A stretch of DNA of 33,185 bases from an uncultured archaeon (GTDB taxonomy: Archaea > Asgardarchaeota > Lokiarchaeia > Sigyniarchaeales > SOKP01). The notes under the pieces were generated by a model. The model did no database searches, was not told the origin of the DNA, and was given only the letters and a program-made list of their open reading frames with translations. Positions 15,086-22,175 of the stretch are shown piece by piece. Each line of letters starts with the position of its first letter. Position 1 is the stretch's first letter. The position numbers and the translations under genes are program-made. The stretch is taken from contig CAZRIR010000001.1 of the NCBI GenBank assembly GCA_964600195.1, forward strand, positions 1-33,185. The letters are read 5' to 3'.

Positions 15086-16765
15086 TTAATCCCATTTGCC
15101 TTTAACTCGAGCATTTTTTATATCGTTGTCCAATCTTCTTTGTAAAATGATATAATCAGGTCTATTATTTTTTGTCAGAGGAAATTCATCAAGAAATACA
15201 ACTAATGAAGGTCTTTTATAAGATGCCATTCCTTTACAATGCTCATCGATTTCTGAAAGAGTTAAATCTGCATTATCTTTAATTTTTATATAAGCAACAA
15301 TGCCCTCAGTAAATATGGTGTGTTTAGCACCTAATACTCCAACATTCTCAACTTCGGGAATTTCCGAAATGAAATCCTCGATTTCTGGTTGAAATACTCT
15401 ATAACCCTTGGGATTAATCATGTATTTTTTTCTACCTGCCAGATGGATTCCTTTTTCATCTTTATAACCCATATCTCCCGTGTATAATATGGCATCGTAA
15501 GAGAGCACTGCTCTTGTCGCAACTTCATAATTTAAATATCCAAAAAAAGTTTGAGAACCCTCGAAACATATTTCTCCAATTTCACCATCTGGGAGGACAT
15601 CTCCTGCAAACCCGTTTTCATTCATTTTAGCCCTTATAGTTGCGGGAAATATTGCAAAAGGATGACCAAGACCATTCAATATCTCTTCGATAGTCGCCTC
15701 CTCAGGAGTATATGTGCATAAACCTGAAGTTTCAGTGAGGCCTAATCCAGTACCAATTCTAGGAGCCATTTTTATAAGTTTTTCTAAGAATCCCATATCT
15801 ACGGATTGCCCACTATAGATTGCATGTTTTAAAGAACTTAAATCAAAATTATTATAATCATGCAAATTCCATTCCATTGAATATGATGCGGGTATTTGAC
15901 CTAAACATGTAATCTTATAGTCTTGAATTGCTAATAATGATTTTTCTGCTTCAAACCGATGTAATATGATTGCGGTTCCTCCAACATAGAGGATCGTCAT
16001 CAATTGTTCTGTAGATCCTCCAATAAATGCAAAAGGCATGTTTACCATCATTCGATCATCTCCGGTAATATTAAATGCTTTTGCCAAGCACATGTTCTGG
16101 CAAGTAATACTTAAATTGGTCAACATCGTAGGTTTTGGAAATGCTGTAGTTCCCATCGTGAATATTAATAAGATCGGATCTTTTTCACCAACTTTCTCAC
16201 ATTCATTTTCAAATTCTTTTAGAAGATTCTTATTGTTTAGTGCTTCTTTATATTCATGCTCAGCTTCTTTAATTAGCTTGTGTCCGTTTATCAATCCATC
16301 CGTATAATTTTCATTCATGTATCCAAATTGGACTATATAATTCAACCAGGGATAATTTTGATGTATGACAGAACCAATTATATTATAATTCTGATATTGT
16401 GTTTTACCTAAATGGCAGTACATTTTTATCCTATTTCTCAATAAGGAAAACGATATCATGATTTCAGGAGGTTTTAAGCTTAGGTCTAATGGACACCACA
16501 TTATTCCAAGTTTAACGCAAGCATAACCAATGATGAAGTGTTCATACGTATTTGGAAGACTTGCCACACATATATCTCCCTTTCTTAATCCCATGTTGTA
16601 TAATTTAAAAGCCATCATGTTAATCGCATCTGAAAATTCTCTATAAGATACTTCAGCTTTGGTATTGAAAAAGATCATTGCGTCATGATTAGGCTTATTT
16701 TCAGTCCATTTTTCTATGGCACCAACAAGGGTATGAGGATATTTTTCAAATTCTTCCCAAGACAT
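15086..16765 (-). CDS. AMP-dependent synthetase/ligase (acyl- or aryl-CoA synthetase family)
   Basis: 559 aa with a divergent AMP-binding P-loop (FTMGTTAFPKPTML), YTGDMGY, and a C-terminal KRPSLVVFLDEFPLTKNNR. Confidence 0.85.
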   Translation of the reverse strand: MSWEEFEKYPHTLVGAIEKWTENKPNHDAMIFFNTKAEVSYREFSDAINMMAFKLYNMGLRKGDICVASLPNTYEHFIIGYACVKLGIMWCPLDLSLKPPEIMISFSLLRNRIKMYCHLGKTQYQNYNIIGSVIHQNYPWLNYIVQFGYMNENYTDGLINGHKLIKEAEHEYKEALNNKNLLKEFENECEKVGEKDPILLIFTMGTTAFPKPTMLTNLSITCQNMCLAKAFNITGDDRMMVNMPFAFIGGSTEQLMTILYVGGTAIILHRFEAEKSLLAIQDYKITCLGQIPASYSMEWNLHDYNNFDLSSLKHAIYSGQSVDMGFLEKLIKMAPRIGTGLGLTETSGLCTYTPEEATIEEILNGLGHPFAIFPATIRAKMNENGFAGDVLPDGEIGEICFEGSQTFFGYLNYEVATRAVLSYDAILYTGDMGYKDEKGIHLAGRKKYMINPKGYRVFQPEIEDFISEIPEVENVGVLGAKHTIFTEGIVAYIKIKDNADLTLSEIDEHCKGMASYKRPSLVVFLDEFPLTKNNRPDYIILQRRLDNDIKNARVKGKWD

Positions 16766-16863
16766 AAATAATTAACCAAATAATTTTAATTAATATTCTA
16801 TAATGAATATAACTATTAAAAAATTGCTCATATCTATTTAAGATGCATTCTTGACAATATTAT

Positions 16864-16879
16864 TTGTCATTTTATTTAT
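16864..16879 (+). promoter_or_regulatory. TTGTCATTTTATTTAT promoter-like element, part of a TGACAA-N6-TTGTCA palindrome (16852-16869)
   Basis: 16-nt string identical to the minus-strand reading of 21874-21889 and related to the twin promoter at 12039-12057. It points toward the 3' end of cdc48, with no plus-strand ORF downstream. Confidence 0.3.
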
Positions 16880-17036
16880 TTTAGATAATTAAATTAATTA
16901 TATTTAGTTTATAGATTATCTAAATCATTATTTTTGCTTCATTATTGCTTTAAGAAAATGTTATAAGTTCTATTCTTATTGATGTGTTTAACTAATGATT
17001 ATTTAATTAAAATATAAAAAAATTGGAGGTTGGAAA

Positions 17037-19325
17037 TTAGCCATATATATGTTCTATTGGTTCTTTTATATTCTCTTCATATGATTTTTTTGCCCTATTT
17101 ACAGATTTGGATATTTTCTTGATTGCCTCATTAAAATCATCCATTGTTATCTTTACCTCCGTATATGTTTTTGGATCATCATCTTGAACGAATTTATCAT
17201 GTATTCCCCTTCTTATTGCTAATATTGTTGCTTCTTCGCAAATTCCTTCAATATCAGCACCAGTATACCCATCAAGTTTTTCAGCTAACTTTTCAAGATC
17301 AATATCATCAGAGATTGGCTTGTCTTTCAAATGAATTTTAAAAATTTTCATCCTTGATATCTGATTTGGTAATGGAACTTCAATATGTCGCCCAAATCTT
17401 CCTGAACGCAACAACGCAGGATCGAGCATGTCAGGTCTATTCGTCGCAGCCAATAGAACAACATTATGCAATTCCTCTAATCCATCCATCTCAGTTAAGA
17501 GTTGGGCCACTACTTGTTCGACAACGCGTGAGCTAGATGATTCAGCCCTTTTAGAAGCAATAGCATCAATTTCATCAAAAAAAATGATACAAGGCGCGGC
17601 GGATCGTGCTTTTTTAAAGGTTTCTCTGACAACTTTTGCACTCTCACCAACCCATTTTGATAAAAATTCAGGCCCTTTTACAGAAATGAAATTTACCTCA
17701 GTTTCATGTGCAAGCGCCTTAGCTAATAATGTTTTTCCCGTCCCTGGCACACCAAATAATAAGATACCACTTGGAGGTCGCGATTTCATGTAATTATAAA
17801 AACCAGGATATTTTAAAGGCCATTCAATCGTCTCCCGTAATTGTTGTTTAGCCTCAACTAAACCGCCAATATCGTCCCATGTCTCATTTGGCTTGATTAT
17901 CAATACCTCCCTTAATGCTGATGGTTCTATGGAATTTAATGCTTCCAGAAAATGATTCATGTTGATTTCAATCGCATCTAGTATTTCTTCAGGAACAGGA
18001 TTTTCAAGATTAATATTCGGTATTATCTCTCTTATTGCCAACATTGCTGCTTCTTTACATAAAGCCTTGATATCGGCTCCTACGAATCCATGTGTTTTAT
18101 TCGCTATCAATTTCAAATCTAAATTTTTTGATAAAGGCATTCCACGAGTATGAATTAATAATATTTCAAACCGTCCTTCTATATTTGGAGCACCTATTTC
18201 TATTTCCCTATCAAACCTTCCAGGTCTTCTTAAAGCAATATCCACGCTATTTATTTTATTCGTTGCTCCAATGATAATTATTTCCCCCCTACTCTCTAAT
18301 CCATCCATTAAAGAGAGTAATTGAGCAACAACTCTAGATTCCACTTGTCCCTTGCCATCCTCTCTTTGAGGTGCGATTGAATCTAATTCATCGAGAAAAA
18401 TGATTGTTGGTGCTTTCTTTTTTGCTTCATCGAAAATATTTCTCAAATTTTCTTCACTTTGACCGAAAAACTTGCTCATTATTTCTGGACCACTAATGGA
18501 AATGAATTGAGCGTCAGTTTCAAACGCAATAGCTCGTGCCAGTAATGTTTTTCCCGTTCCAGGTGGACCATGAAGCAAGACTCCTTTAGGAGGATCGATT
18601 CCTATCTTTTTGAATAATTCGGGATGCCGTATTGGTAATTCAATCATTTCTCTAACTCTTTGGATGACATTCTCTAAACCTCCTATATCTTCATAGGTAA
18701 TTCGCTCTCGAAATTTCTCCATTTCTTCTTCTAATTCTGAAATGGCTTCATATTTTATGCGTTTCACCCTAGACGGTTCTTGTTTTATGAGTTCTTTATT
18801 GATATTCTTTGATATCTCAATTTTAGTCCCCAAATGAATTTTTACAGCTTCAGTACTTGGAGAGTAATCAATTATGACTAAATCTATTCTACGTCCCATT
18901 GCATAAAAACTGAGGGTATCACCTTTAGTGACAACACGATTATCCAAAATTCTCGTTAATTGTTGCATGTCTCGGATGATATATGATTGATCTAATCCAG
19001 ATAGCATTATATTATCCGCTAATACAGCTTCAATTTTTTTGATTTCGACATAATCATCAATGGATGCATTTAAGTTTCTACGTAAGGAAGGATCGATTCT
19101 GATGATATTTGTATTGGCATCCTCGCTCTTACCTGTCATCAGAATTGCTGCCGTTTTTTTATTCACGATCGGATGAATGATCTCAATAATATCACCAGAT
19201 TTAAAGTTAAGTTCTTTAATTAATTCTGGATCAATTCTAACGATTCCTCTACCAGCATCTTCTTTAAATGCATCTTTAATTCTCACTTTTTTCAAGGAAC
19301 TAGAAGATTTTGATAACTCAACCAT
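17037..19325 (-). CDS. cdc48: Cdc48/VCP-type AAA+ ATPase (N domain plus D1 and D2)
   Basis: 762 aa. Double-psi-barrel-like N domain ([23 protein letters not shown]), Walker A GPPGTGKT and GVPGTGKT, Walker B IIFLDELD and IIFFDEID. Confidence 0.95.
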   Translation of the reverse strand: MVELSKSSSSLKKVRIKDAFKEDAGRGIVRIDPELIKELNFKSGDIIEIIHPIVNKKTAAILMTGKSEDANTNIIRIDPSLRRNLNASIDDYVEIKKIEAVLADNIMLSGLDQSYIIRDMQQLTRILDNRVVTKGDTLSFYAMGRRIDLVIIDYSPSTEAVKIHLGTKIEISKNINKELIKQEPSRVKRIKYEAISELEEEMEKFRERITYEDIGGLENVIQRVREMIELPIRHPELFKKIGIDPPKGVLLHGPPGTGKTLLARAIAFETDAQFISISGPEIMSKFFGQSEENLRNIFDEAKKKAPTIIFLDELDSIAPQREDGKGQVESRVVAQLLSLMDGLESRGEIIIIGATNKINSVDIALRRPGRFDREIEIGAPNIEGRFEILLIHTRGMPLSKNLDLKLIANKTHGFVGADIKALCKEAAMLAIREIIPNINLENPVPEEILDAIEINMNHFLEALNSIEPSALREVLIIKPNETWDDIGGLVEAKQQLRETIEWPLKYPGFYNYMKSRPPSGILLFGVPGTGKTLLAKALAHETEVNFISVKGPEFLSKWVGESAKVVRETFKKARSAAPCIIFFDEIDAIASKRAESSSSRVVEQVVAQLLTEMDGLEELHNVVLLAATNRPDMLDPALLRSGRFGRHIEVPLPNQISRMKIFKIHLKDKPISDDIDLEKLAEKLDGYTGADIEGICEEATILAIRRGIHDKFVQDDDPKTYTEVKITMDDFNEAIKKISKSVNRAKKSYEENIKEPIEHIYG

Positions 19326-19359
19326 TTTTAAACCTCCCTTATTTTAATTTTAAAAATAT

Positions 19360-19381
19360 GGGATCATTTCATCACGATCCC
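19360..19381 (-). other. Hairpin GGGATC-N10-GATCCC between the mtd-like gene and cdc48
   Basis: 6-bp GC-containing stem in an AT-rich 79-nt spacer, followed on the minus strand by a T/A-rich run and the cdc48 GGGAGG ribosome-binding site. Confidence 0.25.
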
Positions 19382-19404
19382 CGCTAAAAAAATTGGTAAT
19401 TTTC

Positions 19405-20400
19405 TTATTTTAATAATTTTTTAGCCATCTCGAATGCATGATCATAATTAAAAACTTTTAGTCCCTTAGTTTTCGCCGCTTCCTTTAATATTGCTGCTTC
19501 TGAATTAGATTTAAGCCTACCTAATGCTAGGGCTCCGATTCCAAAGATTCCAGGATAAATTTCTTCATTATAATGTTTTGGTTTAATGCCTTCTATACCA
19601 TAAGGCGGAACGAGATTTATATCAACTACTATCTTTTTTCCAGATAATCTCATCATTGATTCTTCGGGTAAGATTTCAATACCTGCAGCAGCTAAGGACC
19701 ATATAATGTCCGCATTCATGGCAATTTTCTCTCTATCAATAATGTCTGGAGCAAAAACACCTTTTATTTGTGTAGCACCTTCTCCTGCTTCTTCATTCAA
19801 CTCTTTCGCTAAATCTGATACGAATTCTTCACTTGATTTATTCCACGTCTCAATTATAAACATCTCAAGACCAATTTTAGCACCTAAAATAGCAGCAATT
19901 CGTCCAACCGGACCCGCACCAAAAACTAAGGCTCTTTTTCCTTTTAAATTTTTTATTCCGTGTAATTTACTTGCAACATCAATAGTCATGGCCACGACTG
20001 CTGAAGCCGTGGTATGTGAACCTCTTGGATCGATAATGACGGGACATTCAAAAGGTGGGACTAATGATTTTACGACGTCTTTAGCAATCATTTCTCCTTC
20101 TTTTACATTTGAACCCCCAATGAAAAATGTCGTTGGGGCATTTGGTTTTCGGGAAAATATTGCATCCTGGACAAGTTTGGGTACTTGATCTGCAGTCATC
20201 CTGCTGATTGGGACAACAATATCGAAACCTGCATCATAAGCCATGTTAATATCAAACGGAGATGCATTATCATCAGTATCAAAAAAATAACAGATCTTAT
20301 CAGACATGTCCTTTTTCTTAATAACGATGGGTGTCAATTCAATAATTGATTTCCTTCCAAGTATTGATTCAACTTTATTTTCTAAATTTTCTTCTTGCAT
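19405..20400 (-). CDS. NAD(P)-dependent methylene-H4MPT/methylene-H4F dehydrogenase, MtdA/MtdB-like
   Basis: FFDTDDNASPFDINMAYDAGFD...FFIGGSN...IIDPRGSHTTASAVVAM parallels the N-terminal domain of methylotroph MtdA, followed by Rossmann GAGPVGRIAA. ATG is preceded by AAGGAGG. Confidence 0.7.
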   Translation of the reverse strand: MQEENLENKVESILGRKSIIELTPIVIKKKDMSDKICYFFDTDDNASPFDINMAYDAGFDIVVPISRMTADQVPKLVQDAIFSRKPNAPTTFFIGGSNVKEGEMIAKDVVKSLVPPFECPVIIDPRGSHTTASAVVAMTIDVASKLHGIKNLKGKRALVFGAGPVGRIAAILGAKIGLEMFIIETWNKSSEEFVSDLAKELNEEAGEGATQIKGVFAPDIIDREKIAMNADIIWSLAAAGIEILPEESMMRLSGKKIVVDINLVPPYGIEGIKPKHYNEEIYPGIFGIGALALGRLKSNSEAAILKEAAKTKGLKVFNYDHAFEMAKKLLK

Positions 20401-20433
20401 TTTTATTTTCCTCCTTAATCTAATTATGATTAT

Positions 20434-21168
20434 TTATTGCTCATCAAGTTCAATTTCAATATCTTTTTCGAGTTCCTTTTCGACTTCTTCAGTTTTTATG
20501 GATCTTTTAATTTTTATTTTCTCGAGATCTACATCCAATTCATTTGCTAATTTTTCAATACCATTAAAATGTCTGAGATCACATATGAATAATCCCTTGA
20601 GTTTCGTTCCATTAACATTTTTTGCAAGATTCAAGATATTCATCATCATCCAGGCTTCTCTAACATTAAATCGAACCTCATCTTCTTGAGTTTCATAGTC
20701 TTTATCCAGATATTCCTTCCATAAAATTAATCTTTGTAAAAATTCATCATTTTCAGGAACGCCTCCATTTTCTTGTATCATTTGTCGGATGACGGTTTCT
20801 AATTTTTTAATGGTTACCCTATGCTCATCTAATGCAGATGATAAATAATCTCTGGCATTTTCATCAATATCAACATGTTCAAACGGTACCTTTTTGAGTT
20901 TAAAAAGTTCCTCTAAAGGATCTACCGGATTCGGAGAATCATCCCAATTAGTAGGCTTTTCTTCCGTAGCAAAATCGGGCTTGTATTTATTAACTAATTC
21001 TTCTATGAGTTGAAGATATTCCTTTGAAATCAAGTGTAGATTCCAGACTATATCTTCTTTCACTTTTTTCGGAGCCTCAAACCACCAATCAATGGGAAAT
21101 TCACTCTCAACCATTATAAGTTTTAAGTTTTTTTTCTTGAGTGGTTTTAATTCCAATACTTTTGGCAT
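20434..21168 (-). CDS. Hypothetical protein, tandem paralogue (distantly TraB/GumN-like?)
   Basis: Starts MPKVLELKPLKKK, like the neighbouring MEVLELKPIKKR. VPFEHVDIDENARDYL, NVREAWMMMNIL and LFICDLRHFNGI resemble the DRD-, ERDxxM- and GxGHxxG-type blocks of TraB/PrgY proteins. The resemblance is weak and judged by eye. Confidence 0.45.
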   Translation of the reverse strand: MPKVLELKPLKKKNLKLIMVESEFPIDWWFEAPKKVKEDIVWNLHLISKEYLQLIEELVNKYKPDFATEEKPTNWDDSPNPVDPLEELFKLKKVPFEHVDIDENARDYLSSALDEHRVTIKKLETVIRQMIQENGGVPENDEFLQRLILWKEYLDKDYETQEDEVRFNVREAWMMMNILNLAKNVNGTKLKGLFICDLRHFNGIEKLANELDVDLEKIKIKRSIKTEEVEKELEKDIEIELDEQ

Positions 21169-21189
21169 TTTTTTTATCAACCTCTTTTT

Positions 21190-21801
21190 TTAAAATTCAA
21201 TATTAATTATATTATGTTTTTTAGTATATTGAACAACCTTAACATCTAATTCTCTCAAATTATCTGTTACTTGAGCACAGATATCCTCGCATATGTCTGC
21301 TTGGACAAGATGGAGAAAAGATACTTCTTCTGATGAAATACTTTGAGTAATTTCTAGCATTTTTTTCACGATCCATTGAGGCCTTAATGTTAAACTGATA
21401 AAATTTTCTTTATCTTGAATCTCATCCCTTAACATGTCAATCCAATTCTTTAAGCTTTCTCCTTTTAATGAATCTTTATCAATCATTGATTCATATTCTT
21501 CACATAAATCCGCATGTAATTCATTTTTTTCAACAATTTCTTGATATATATATCCCATTGCATATTCGGGAATATCTACCTGAAAATATTTAATGTTCAT
21601 TTGAGTCAATGTCTTAGCAAGCTCAGAATCATTAAATTCTTTCAGGTCAACGTTGAAATCAAGAGTTATAAAATCAACTTTCTTTTTAGTTATGAATTCT
21701 CTCAATGCAACAAGATCAAACTCATGAAAATCATCTTTATTCTTTTTGGCGACATATGCGCAGACTCTTTTTTTTATTGGTTTCAATTCCAATACTTCCA
21801 T
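21190..21801 (-). CDS. Hypothetical protein, tandem paralogue of 20434..21168 and of 12106..12705
   Basis: See the alignment blocks listed for 12106..12705. It shares the VLELKP(I/L)KK N terminus with the downstream gene. Confidence 0.5.
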   Translation of the reverse strand: MEVLELKPIKKRVCAYVAKKNKDDFHEFDLVALREFITKKKVDFITLDFNVDLKEFNDSELAKTLTQMNIKYFQVDIPEYAMGYIYQEIVEKNELHADLCEEYESMIDKDSLKGESLKNWIDMLRDEIQDKENFISLTLRPQWIVKKMLEITQSISSEEVSFLHLVQADICEDICAQVTDNLRELDVKVVQYTKKHNIINIEF

Positions 21802-21873
21802 TTAATTCTACACCTCACTTCAAACTATATTTATTGTAGATATTAATCTATGTAAAGTACCTTTAGAAGAGAT

Positions 21874-21889
21874 ATAAATAAAATGACAA
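21874..21889 (-). promoter_or_regulatory. TTGTCATTTTATTTAT promoter-like element facing ORF 21801
   Basis: The minus-strand reading is identical over 16 nt to 16864-16879. It lies about 75 nt upstream of ATG 21801. Confidence 0.4.
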
Positions 21890-22008
21890 CAATAATTTCA
21901 AAAAAATTGATAATTTTATTTTTCAAAAAAAAAATTTTAACAACATTACTGGTTAATTTGGTCTATCACGAAAAGTTTATGGTTATATTTGTTATTTATA
22001 GATTTTCA

Positions 22009-22046
22009 TCGAATAATATTCGGTAGTAAATGCACAAGCTTAAATA
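22009..22046 (+). promoter_or_regulatory. Operator-promoter module copy 3: TCGAATAATATTCGGT, 15 nt, TTAAATA
   Basis: Perfect 13-nt palindrome CGAATA-A-TATTCG inside 22009-22024, with TTAAATA at 22040-22046. It lies upstream of the wHTH-hdrA-mvhD operon. Confidence 0.5.
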
Positions 22047-22175
22047 ACCTTCGTTCTATTATAAATATGACATTTCATATTTGGTAGAAAATTTTTCAAA
22101 ATTCTTGATTTTCAAATTTTTTTTATCAAGGTGATTAACTATTCATTATTAAATGGTGGAAGGGATGGAAAACAA

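Noticed and set aside
17144-18274. Plus-strand ORFs inside cdc48 (17144, 17354, 17428, 17959, 18092). The same applies to 19706..20188 and 20306..20689 opposite mtd and the paralogue, and to 30898..32994 opposite cdhA.
   Set aside because: They are antisense to long, motif-rich genes. Their translations are low-complexity or Ser/Leu/Pro-rich, as is typical of shadow frames.
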